Positions 48,504 to 56,298 of a stretch of DNA of 64,000 nt are shown here, piece after piece. The notes under the pieces are model-generated. The model saw only the letters and a list, made by a program, of their open reading frames with translations. It was not told the DNA's origin and ran no database searches. Made by a program: the position numbers and the translations under genes. Within the stretch, counting starts at the first letter, position 1. Each line of letters begins with the position of its first letter. The stretch is taken from positions 1,246-65,245 of the forward strand of contig SHXK01000001.1 in NCBI GenBank assembly GCA_009693335.1, written 5' to 3'. This stretch comes from Betaproteobacteria bacterium (GTDB lineage: Bacteria > Pseudomonadota > Gammaproteobacteria > Burkholderiales > SG8-39).

Positions 48504-49454
48504 CTAAAGAACGACCCGGATCGGTTGGCCTGCAGCAAACGCATTGATCGCATCGAAGGCATCGCCGAAGTACTTCTCGAAGCTGGCGCGCTCGACGTAG
48601 CCCAAGTGCGGGGTGGCAGTGACGTTGGGCAGCGAGATCAGCGGATGCGCCGCATCCATCACCGGTTCGTTCTCGAACACGTCCAGCGCCGCCCGCCCCG
48701 GCCGCCCTTCGCGCAGCGCGCGCTCCAGCGCACCGGGCGCGACCAGCTCCGCGCGGCTCACATTCACGAACATCGAGTCCGGACTCATGTTGCGCAGATT
48801 TTCGTATTTGATCAGACCCCTGGTCGCGTCGTTGAGGCGCAACTGCACGCTCACCACATCGCTTTCACTGCACAGCAAATCCAGGCTTGCTACCGTGCGC
48901 AGGCCGGCTTCCTTGGCGCGCGCGATGGTGCTCTCGCGGCCCCACACGCTGACCTGCATCTCGAAGGCCTGCGCGTAGCGGGTGAGACGCTGTGCGATGC
49001 GGCCGTAGCCGACGAAACCGAGCTTCCTGCCCGCCAGCTGGAAACCGACACTCCCCTGCCACAGGCCCTGGCGTAAGCGCTGGTTCTCTTGCGTGATGTT
49101 GCGCGCTGAAGCGAGGATCAAACCCCAGGTGAGTTCCGCGGTGGAGAGCGGGCCGCCGGTGCCGTCGCACACCGTGATGCCGCGCGCCTGGCAGGCCTGC
49201 ACATCCACGTGCGGACCGATTTTCGCGGTCTGCACGATCAGCTTGAGATTGGGAAGTTTCTCAAGGAGTGTTTTCGTCACCCGTGTGCGTTCACGAATGA
49301 GTACCACTGCATCGAAGCCGGCGATGCAGGACGCGATCGTCGCCTCATCGCGCATCGGCACACTGAACACCTCGACCGTGTGCGCGGCAAGCTTGGCAAA
49401 ACAGGCCAGCGCAGGGCTGGCTGGCTGGTAATCCTCCAGGATGGCGACTCGCAT
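48504..49454 (-). CDS. D-isomer-specific 2-hydroxyacid dehydrogenase family protein
   Basis: 316-aa ORF with GFVGYGRIAQRLTRYA as the NAD-binding motif and the C-terminal catalytic segment SRAELV...TPHLGY. Confidence 0.85.
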   Translation of the reverse strand: MRVAILEDYQPASPALACFAKLAAHTVEVFSVPMRDEATIASCIAGFDAVVLIRERTRVTKTLLEKLPNLKLIVQTAKIGPHVDVQACQARGITVCDGTGGPLSTAELTWGLILASARNITQENQRLRQGLWQGSVGFQLAGRKLGFVGYGRIAQRLTRYAQAFEMQVSVWGRESTIARAKEAGLRTVASLDLLCSESDVVSVQLRLNDATRGLIKYENLRNMSPDSMFVNVSRAELVAPGALERALREGRPGRAALDVFENEPVMDAAHPLISLPNVTATPHLGYVERASFEKYFGDAFDAINAFAAGQPIRVVL

Positions 49455-49516
49455 GGGGCGAGTGTACAGGAGCGATTTATAATCTCGCCATCCTCATTAA
49501 CATAGACGCAGGCACG

Positions 49517-50446
49517 ATGAAATTCGCTACTGTCCAGAAACGCATCGAGGGCGTGCTCGCGCCCGTGATCACGCCGTTCAAACGCGACCTCTCGCCCGAC
49601 GCCGATCGCTTTGTCAAACATTGCCGCTGGCTGATGAAGAGCGGCTGCGCCGGACTGGCCGTGTTCGGCACCAACAGCGAAGCGAACTCCATGTCGGTCG
49701 AGGAAAAGCTGGAACTCCTCGAAGCGCTGGTGAAAGGCGGGGTGCCCGCCGCGGCGCTGATGCCAGGCACCGGCCATTGCGCGCTCAGCGATTCGGTGAA
49801 AATGACGCGCGAAGCGGTGCGCATCGGTTGCGGCGGCGTGCTGATGCTGCCGCCCTTTTATTACAAAGGCGTCTCGGATGAAGGCCTGTTCCGCAACTTC
49901 GCGGAAGTGATCGAACGCGTCGGCGATGAGCGGCTACGTCTGTACCTGTATCACATCCCCCCGGTATCCCAGGTCGCGATCTCCCTCGCGCTGATTGAGC
50001 GGCTGCTGACGCGCTACCCCGGCATCGTCGCCGGCGCCAAGGATTCCTCGGGTGACTGGGACAACACCCAGGCCATGCTGGAGCGCTTCAAGGACCGCGA
50101 CTTCGACGTGTTCCCGGGCAGCGAAGTGTTCCTGCTCGACGGCCTGCGCGCGGGCGGCAAGGGCTGCATCACCGCCACCGGCAACGTCAACCCCGGCGCC
50201 ATCGACCAGGTGTTCCGGAACTGGCGCTCGGCGGAGGCCGACAAGCTGCAGGCGGGCATCACCGCGACCCGCAAAATCGTGCAGAAAGTGCCGATGATCC
50301 CGGCGTTGAAAGCCATCACGGCGCACTTCGGCAACGACCCCGCTTGGCGCACCGTGCGTCCGCCGCTCACCGAACTCACCTCCGAGCAGGACCGGCAAGT
50401 GATCACCGAACTGAAAGCCGCCGGCTTCTCGATGCCGGGGTTGTAG
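49517..50446 (+). CDS. Dihydrodipicolinate synthase/N-acetylneuraminate lyase family (class I aldolase/dehydratase) protein
   Basis: 309-aa ORF with VITPF, FGTNSEANSMS and YHIP segments typical of the DapA family. Confidence 0.85.
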   Translation: MKFATVQKRIEGVLAPVITPFKRDLSPDADRFVKHCRWLMKSGCAGLAVFGTNSEANSMSVEEKLELLEALVKGGVPAAALMPGTGHCALSDSVKMTREAVRIGCGGVLMLPPFYYKGVSDEGLFRNFAEVIERVGDERLRLYLYHIPPVSQVAISLALIERLLTRYPGIVAGAKDSSGDWDNTQAMLERFKDRDFDVFPGSEVFLLDGLRAGGKGCITATGNVNPGAIDQVFRNWRSAEADKLQAGITATRKIVQKVPMIPALKAITAHFGNDPAWRTVRPPLTELTSEQDRQVITELKAAGFSMPGL

Positions 50447-50457
50447 TCCACGCCGCC

Positions 50458-51174
50458 ATGCACACCGTGCAGGTTACTGACGGAAGCAAGACCGTGCTCG
50501 TGACCGGCGCAGGGCGCGGCATCGGCCTGGCGACCGCGCGCGCCTTCCTCGGCGCAGGGTGGAAAGTCCTCGCGCTGGACAAGGATTTCTCTAGTTTCGA
50601 TCTGCCAGGCGCGGAGCGCATCGAATTTGATCTGCAAAATCTGTCGGAAATAAAAAATCTGGTAGCAGCAAAAGGCGAAATACACACCCTGGTAAACAAC
50701 GCCGGTGTGCTTTTCTGCGACCCCTACGACGCCCTACCGGAAGCACACAAGCGCGAAGTCCTCACCGTGAACCTCGAGGCGCCCGCCGCTTTGATTGAAT
50801 CTGTTTCTGTGCAAATGAAAAAAAGAAAATCAGGCCGCATCGTAAATGTCAGTTCGGTGGCGGCGTTCACGGGGCATCCGGACCTCTGGTACGGCATCAC
50901 CAAGGCCGGGATCCTGAACCTCACCAAGGCTTGGGCGAGAGAACTCGGGCCGCACGGGGTCCTGGTCAATGCGGTGGCGCCCGGCCCGACACAGACCGCC
51001 ATGTACGAGCAACTGCCGCAGTCGCGCAAGGACGGGGTGATGCAATCGGTCTACGCCGGGCGCGTGTGCCAACCCGCAGAGGTCGCGGCAGCGATCCTGT
51101 GGCTCGGCAGCTCTTGCCCCGAGTACGTCAACGGGACTACGCTGGACGTCAACAACGGCGCCTACCCGCGTTAA
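50458..51174 (+). CDS. Short-chain dehydrogenase/reductase (SDR)
   Basis: Real start is MHTVQVTDGSKTVLVTGAGRGIGLA (ATG at 50458). Has the TGxxxGxG motif, NNAG, and the catalytic YGITKAG (YxxxK). Confidence 0.88.
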   Translation: MHTVQVTDGSKTVLVTGAGRGIGLATARAFLGAGWKVLALDKDFSSFDLPGAERIEFDLQNLSEIKNLVAAKGEIHTLVNNAGVLFCDPYDALPEAHKREVLTVNLEAPAALIESVSVQMKKRKSGRIVNVSSVAAFTGHPDLWYGITKAGILNLTKAWARELGPHGVLVNAVAPGPTQTAMYEQLPQSRKDGVMQSVYAGRVCQPAEVAAAILWLGSSCPEYVNGTTLDVNNGAYPR

Positions 51175-51184
51175 AGGAGGTGTC

Positions 51185-52051
51185 ATGACCAGCCTCAAGA
51201 ACTTGCTTGCCGCCGGCGAATTCATCATCGCGCCGGGAGTGTTCGAGATGTTCTCGGCGAAGATCGCCGACAGCCTGGGCTTCAAAGCCCTCTACATGAC
51301 CGGCTACGGCATCTCGGCCTCGCACTTGGGTCTCGCCGACGCGGGCTTGGTGACTTACCGCGACATGGTCGAGCGCGCGCGCACCATCGCGCAGGGGACA
51401 AAAACGCCCTTGATCGCCGATGCCGACACCGGTTTCGGCGGCCTGATCAACGTGCGCGAGACGGTGCGCGGCTACGAAGCGGCCGGCGTACAGGCGATCC
51501 AGATCGAAGACCAGGAAATGCCGAAGAAATGCGGCCACACTCCGAACCGGCGCGTGCTGCCGCTGGCGGATGCGCTAAAGCGCGTCGAAGTCGCCGTGGA
51601 AGCGCGCCGCAGCAGCGATTTCCTGATCATCGCGCGCACCGATGCGCGCACCGGCCTGGGCATGGACGAAGCGCTGCGCCGCGCCCAGGCCTTCGCCAAA
51701 GCCGGCGCCGACATCCTGTTCGTCGAAGCGCCCGAGTCGGAAGAGGAGTTCAAGCGCATCGGCGGCGAGCTGGCGGGCAGCGCCAAGCTGCTCGCCAACA
51801 TGGTGCCCAGCGGAAAATCGCCCGTGCTCGCAGCGCACCAGCTACAGGAATACGGTTTTTCGATCGCCATCTATCCGAGCTCAGGCATGGGGCCGGTTTG
51901 CTCGGCGCTTCGTTCTGCTTATGAATTTCTTCTGAAGAACGGCAGCACCGTTGGCTCCCCGGTGCCCGCTTACGACATGCAACAGTTGCATGAACTGGTC
52001 GGCTTCCCGGATATCTGGGAATTCGAGCGTAAACACGTGGAGACGAAATGA
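51185..52051 (+). CDS. Isocitrate lyase/PEP mutase superfamily protein (methylisocitrate/dimethylmalate lyase-like)
   Basis: 288-aa ORF with PLIADADTGFGG and the superfamily signature EDQEMPKKCGH. Confidence 0.88.
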   Translation: MTSLKNLLAAGEFIIAPGVFEMFSAKIADSLGFKALYMTGYGISASHLGLADAGLVTYRDMVERARTIAQGTKTPLIADADTGFGGLINVRETVRGYEAAGVQAIQIEDQEMPKKCGHTPNRRVLPLADALKRVEVAVEARRSSDFLIIARTDARTGLGMDEALRRAQAFAKAGADILFVEAPESEEEFKRIGGELAGSAKLLANMVPSGKSPVLAAHQLQEYGFSIAIYPSSGMGPVCSALRSAYEFLLKNGSTVGSPVPAYDMQQLHELVGFPDIWEFERKHVETK

Positions 52052-53415
52052 CGGCCAAAACCCTGTTCGACAAAATCTGGGACCAGCACCTGGTTGAGGA
52101 TCTTGGCGACGGCGTGCAGTTGCTGCACGTGGACCGCCACCTGATGCACGAGCTCTCCGGCCCCCGCGGCCAGTTGGAGATGGCGCAGCGTAGCTTGAAG
52201 ACGCGCAACCCCGAGCTCACCATCGGCTCGATGGACCACGTGGTGTCGACCGCACCGGGCGCCAAGGGCGGCAACGCGCCTTGGGCCGATCAGATGATCG
52301 AGTCCTTCCGTAGCGAGAGCAGAAAAGCCGGCGTGAAGATCTACGACATTGGCCAGGACGGTCAGGGCATCGTGCACGTGGTCGGGCCGGAGCTCGGCTT
52401 CACGCTTCCCGGCGCGACGCTGCTGTGCGGCGACAGCCATACCTGCACCCACGGCGCGCTGGGCGCGCTCGCCTGGGGCATCGGCACCAGCGAGCTCACG
52501 CACGTGCTCGCCACGCAAACCATCGTACAGCAAAGACCGAAGACCATGCGCGTGCGCTTCGACGGTCAGCCGGGACGCGCCATCACCGCCAAGGACATGA
52601 TCCTCGCGCTGATCGGCAAAATCGGCACCGCAGGCGGCGTTGGCTACGCCGTCGAATACGCAGGCGAGGCGATACGCGCTCTGGAAATGGAAGGCCGCCT
52701 GACGGTGTGCAACCTGTCGATTGAACTGGGCGCCAAGATCGGCATGATCGCGCCCGACGAGAAGACCTACGCCTACCTGAACGGCCGGTGCCACGCGCCC
52801 AAGGGCGCGCTGTGGGATCAAGCGCTCGCACACTGGCGGACCTTGGCCAGCGATGCCGGCGCGCAGTTCGACCTCGAGCACTCTATCGACTGCACCCTGC
52901 TCGCGCCGCAGATCACCTGGGGCACCAGCCCCGAGGACGTCATCGGCATCGACGGCACGATCCCCGGCAACAAGCCCGAGGCCCTCGCCTACATGGGCCT
53001 CGCCGCGGGCACACCGATCGCCGGCACCAAGGTAGACCGCGTGTTTATCGGCTCCTGCACCAACTCCCGGCTGCCCGATCTGCGCGCCGCCGCCCAGATC
53101 GTGCGCGGACGCAAGGTGGCGCAGCACGTCAAGGCCTGGGTGGTGCCGGGTTCCTGGCGCATCAAGCAGGACGCCGAGGCCGAGGGCCTGCACCAGGTGT
53201 TTCTCGAGGCCGGTTTCGAGTGGCGCGAAGCTGGCTGTTCGATGTGCGTCGGCTTGAACGGCGACCTGGTCGAACCGCAGGCGCGCTGCGTGTCCACCTC
53301 CAACCGCAATTTCGTCGGCCGCCAGGGCCCGCAGGCCCGCACCCACCTGGCCAGTCCCGCCATGGCCGCCGCCGCCGCGATTGCGGGAGAGATTACGGAT
53401 GTCAGGAATTTTTGA
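52048..53415 (+). CDS. Aconitase-family dehydratase large subunit (LeuC-like)
   Basis: 455-aa ORF with VDRHLMHE, GDSHTCTHGALGA, and Fe-S Cys motifs GSCTNSR and CSMCVG. ATGA overlap with the preceding gene. Confidence 0.88.
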   Translation: MTAKTLFDKIWDQHLVEDLGDGVQLLHVDRHLMHELSGPRGQLEMAQRSLKTRNPELTIGSMDHVVSTAPGAKGGNAPWADQMIESFRSESRKAGVKIYDIGQDGQGIVHVVGPELGFTLPGATLLCGDSHTCTHGALGALAWGIGTSELTHVLATQTIVQQRPKTMRVRFDGQPGRAITAKDMILALIGKIGTAGGVGYAVEYAGEAIRALEMEGRLTVCNLSIELGAKIGMIAPDEKTYAYLNGRCHAPKGALWDQALAHWRTLASDAGAQFDLEHSIDCTLLAPQITWGTSPEDVIGIDGTIPGNKPEALAYMGLAAGTPIAGTKVDRVFIGSCTNSRLPDLRAAAQIVRGRKVAQHVKAWVVPGSWRIKQDAEAEGLHQVFLEAGFEWREAGCSMCVGLNGDLVEPQARCVSTSNRNFVGRQGPQARTHLASPAMAAAAAIAGEITDVRNF

Positions 53416-54015
53416 ATGAACAAATTCCAGACCCTGACTGCAGTGGCCGCGCCGTTCCCAAAGAAGAACGTCGATACCGACCTCATCATCCGCATCGAGC
53501 GCTGCACCGGCATGCCACGCGAGGAACTTGGCCGCTATGCTTTCGAAATGGCGCGCTACCTGCCCGGCGGCGCCGAGAACCCGGAGTTCGTCCTCAACCA
53601 GCCGCGCTACCGCGGCGCGCAGATCCTTGTCTGCGGCGAATTCTTCGGCACCGGCAGCTCGCGCGAAGTAGCGGTCTGGGCGCTCGCCAGCCTGGGCGTG
53701 CGCTGCCTGATCGCGCCGTCTTTCGGCCAGATCTTTTTCAACAATTGCTTTCAGAACGGCCTCTTGCCGATCACCCTGCCGGCGCCGACCGTAGCGTCGC
53801 TAGCGCAGCGGGCCGCGGCGCCGGATGCCGGACCCTTCACCGTGGATCTGGCAGCGCAGACGATCAACGGCTCGGTGCACTTCGAGATCGCACCGCGCGG
53901 CAAGAAGATGCTGCTCGAAGGCCTGGACGAAATCGCCTTGACCTTGGCGATGGAACCGAAAATTGCCGCTTTCCAGGCCGCCGACCGTCAGCGCCGACCG
54001 TGGATTTACCCGTAA
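53416..54015 (+). CDS. Aconitase-family dehydratase small subunit (LeuD-like)
   Basis: 199-aa ORF starting 1 nt after the large-subunit stop. GEFFGTGSSRE swivel-domain motif. Confidence 0.85.
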   Translation: MNKFQTLTAVAAPFPKKNVDTDLIIRIERCTGMPREELGRYAFEMARYLPGGAENPEFVLNQPRYRGAQILVCGEFFGTGSSREVAVWALASLGVRCLIAPSFGQIFFNNCFQNGLLPITLPAPTVASLAQRAAAPDAGPFTVDLAAQTINGSVHFEIAPRGKKMLLEGLDEIALTLAMEPKIAAFQAADRQRRPWIYP

Positions 54016-54028
54016 GTTTCTGGCTGCC

Positions 54029-55240
54029 TTGAACCTGCCCCTGGAAGACGTGAAGGTGCTGGATCTGAGCCATGCGCTCGCCGGGCCGTTTGGCTCGACC
54101 ATGCTGGCGGATTATGGCGCACAGGTGATCAAGATCGAGCCGCCCGGGCCGGGCGACATCGCGCGCGCCTGGGGCTCGCCGATGCCAGGCGGCGAGACAG
54201 CTTATTTCGTCAGCCTGCACCGCAACAAGAAAGGGATGGTTCTCGATCTGAAGCATGCGCAGGGCAAGGAACTGTTCCTGCGCATGGTGGAACGCTGCGA
54301 CGTGGTGCTGGAGAACTACCGCGTCGGCGCACTGGCGCGGCTCGGGCTGGATTACGAAACCGCGCGCCGGCGCAACCCCGGCATCATCTACTGCTCGATT
54401 TCGGGCTTCGGCCAGGACGGGCCCTACCGCGAGCGCGCCGCGCTGGATCTCATCGTGCAGGCCGAAAGCGGCATGATCGGTGTCACCGGTGAGCCGGGCT
54501 CGGGCGGTACCCGCGCTGGCGTCTCGATCGCCGACCTGGCCGCCGGCATGAATGCGGCGTTCGCGATCCTGCTCGCCCTGCGGGTGAAGGAACGCACGGG
54601 ACTGGGCCAGTCGATCGATGTTTCGATGCTGGAAGGCCAGCTCGCGCTGCTCGGCACCATGATCGGCGATCACCTCGCCAGCGGCGAGATCCCCGCACCG
54701 ATGGGCACCGCCTACAAAGCGCTGCTGCCCTACCAGACCTTCCGCACCCAGACGCGCGACCTGGCGCTGGCGGTTGGCAGCGAGAAGTTGTGGAAGATTT
54801 TCTGCCCGCTGATCGGCTGCCCGGAACTGGCGACCGACGCGCGCTACCTCAGCAACCGTGAGCGCAACGCGAACCGCGCCAGCCTGGTGGCGAAGCTGCA
54901 GGAAGTGTTCCTCACCCGCAGTTACGAGGCCTGGGAAACACTGCTGGTCACCAACGGGATCCCGATTGGCACCGTCAACTCCCTCGCTGAAGTCGTCCGC
55001 CATCCGCAGGTCAAGGCACGAAACGCGCTGGTCGAGATCGACCATCCCAGGGTGGGCAAGGTATCGGTGGTCGGCGTCCCGGCGCGCCTGTCGATGACAC
55101 CGGGCTCGGTGCGCACGCCTTCGCCAACGCTGGGCCAGCACACGGATGAAGTGCTGCGCGACTTACTCGGCCTGGGCCAAGCCGAAATCAACGCGCTGCG
55201 CGCGACAGGCGTCCTCGGGGTCGCAACCGGCGCCTGCTAA
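54029..55240 (+). CDS. CaiB/BaiF family (class III) CoA-transferase
   Basis: LEDVKVLDLSHALAGPFGSTMLADYGAQVIKIE is a typical family III N-terminus. The start is uncertain. The track ORF begins at 53963 inside the LeuD-like gene, and the first plausible start after the LeuD stop is an in-frame TTG at 54029. Confidence 0.82.
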   Translation: MNLPLEDVKVLDLSHALAGPFGSTMLADYGAQVIKIEPPGPGDIARAWGSPMPGGETAYFVSLHRNKKGMVLDLKHAQGKELFLRMVERCDVVLENYRVGALARLGLDYETARRRNPGIIYCSISGFGQDGPYRERAALDLIVQAESGMIGVTGEPGSGGTRAGVSIADLAAGMNAAFAILLALRVKERTGLGQSIDVSMLEGQLALLGTMIGDHLASGEIPAPMGTAYKALLPYQTFRTQTRDLALAVGSEKLWKIFCPLIGCPELATDARYLSNRERNANRASLVAKLQEVFLTRSYEAWETLLVTNGIPIGTVNSLAEVVRHPQVKARNALVEIDHPRVGKVSVVGVPARLSMTPGSVRTPSPTLGQHTDEVLRDLLGLGQAEINALRATGVLGVATGAC

Positions 55241-55352
55241 CGCACGAGTGCGTTCCTGCCAACGCATGAGTGCGTTCCTGCCAACGCATGAGTGCGTTCC
55301 TGCCAACGCACGAGTGCGTTCCTGCTAACGCACGAGTGCGTTCCTGCTAACA
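55235..55352. repeat. Tandem repeat, 5 full copies plus a partial copy of a 22-bp hairpin unit CTGC[T/C]AACGCA[C/T]GAGTGCGTTC
   Basis: Read directly: units start at 55235, 55257, 55279, 55301 and 55323, with a partial unit at 55345-55352. The core is related to the 48440-48502 repeat. The array fills the gap between the convergent stops at 55240 and 55359. Confidence 0.95.
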
Positions 55353-55358
55353 GCGTCG

Positions 55359-55919
55359 CTACCTGACCCGGTAGATCTCCGTCGGGAAGTTGCCGAGCGA
55401 CACCTCCAGGCTGGCGCGCTTTTTTTCCAGCTGCGCGGTGAGAATAGCGCGCTCGGCGCCCTTCTCCCAGCGCATCTTCAACACCTGGCGGTCTTTGCTG
55501 TCGCGGCGCGCGATGACCTCAGTCGCCTCGGCGAGTGGCGCTCCCCAGCGGGACTTGAGATGGGCTTGCAAGCGCCCCAGATCCTTCACGTCAAAGCGCA
55601 GGTCGTAGGCCTGGACCGCATCCGCCTTCAGGTACACCGTGATGCGCGTCTCGACGCCACCCACTGAGACGCGGGCGTCGTCGCAGCGCCGGTCCGCGGC
55701 AGCGGACTGCCATTCCAGCGCCTTGCAGCGCGCGCTGGGCATGGCTTTTTTCACCTCGATCTCCCTGCCGCCCAACTTGATGCCGTTGATGTCGTAAGCG
55801 AGCGCCGGGAAAGCCGCGACGCAGATCCACGCGAGGACGAATTTCTTCAATGACCTCAACGCTACCAGCCAGCCGCTGCGCCGTTTCAGAGCCTCGTATT
55901 TGCCGATGTGCGCGTCCAT
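55359..55919 (-). CDS. Hypothetical secreted protein
   Basis: 186-aa ORF with an internal signal-peptide-like segment (KKFVLAWICVAAFPALA-YD) and GC3-rich codons. The start is uncertain (ATG at 55919, or the TTG just before KKFVLAW). No family recognised. Confidence 0.55.
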   Translation of the reverse strand: MDAHIGKYEALKRRSGWLVALRSLKKFVLAWICVAAFPALAYDINGIKLGGREIEVKKAMPSARCKALEWQSAAADRRCDDARVSVGGVETRITVYLKADAVQAYDLRFDVKDLGRLQAHLKSRWGAPLAEATEVIARRDSKDRQVLKMRWEKGAERAILTAQLEKKRASLEVSLGNFPTEIYRVR

Positions 55920-55968
55920 GTAGAGGGCATCCTAACCCAGGCGATCAGACTAAAATCCGCAGCAAGCC

Positions 55969-56298
55969 ATGCGCGCACCCGCCTCAACTACCGCTTCAGC
56001 TTGTGCCTGGCGTTGTTTTGCACTGGCCCTGGTGCTGGGCCTTGGCGCCTGCGCTGGAGTGCGCTGGCACAAACCTGGCGGCGACGACGCCGCACTGGCG
56101 TAGGATCTGGCGACCTGCCGCAAGCAGGCTGAGGACCAGTTCCGCGGGGCTGGTAGCCTCGGGCCGCCCATCGCCACCGACCCCCGCTTTGGCGCTGCCT
56201 TCAGCCCCAGCCAGGCCGACCTGCGGATGCAGGAAAGCCAGGCGCTGGGCCGTTGCATGCGCGGCAAGGGCTACGGCCTGGTGCCCGTCGAAAAATAA
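55969..56298 (+). pseudogene. Small lipoprotein gene interrupted by an in-frame TAG at 56101-56103
   Basis: Own translation: MRAPASTTASACAWRCFALALVLGLGAC (lipobox LGAC) AGVRWHKPGGDDAALA-stop-DLATCRKQAEDQF...GRCMRGKGYGLVPVEK-TAA. Both halves share one frame with strongly GC-biased third positions. Neither half passes the ORF-track length cut-off. Confidence 0.55.

Noticed and set aside
51970-55141. Long minus-strand ORFs (51970..53346, 458 aa; 53864..55141, 425 aa) opposite the LeuC-like and CaiB-like genes.
   Set aside because: These are shadow ORFs with low-complexity Ala/Gly/Arg-rich translations. The plus-strand genes carry unambiguous aconitase-family and CoA-transferase motifs.
55235-55352. 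Tandem repeats (also 48440-48502) considered as a CRISPR array.
   Set aside because: The units abut each other with a 21/22-bp period and no unique spacers. No cas genes are in the window. This is a minisatellite/hairpin array, not CRISPR.
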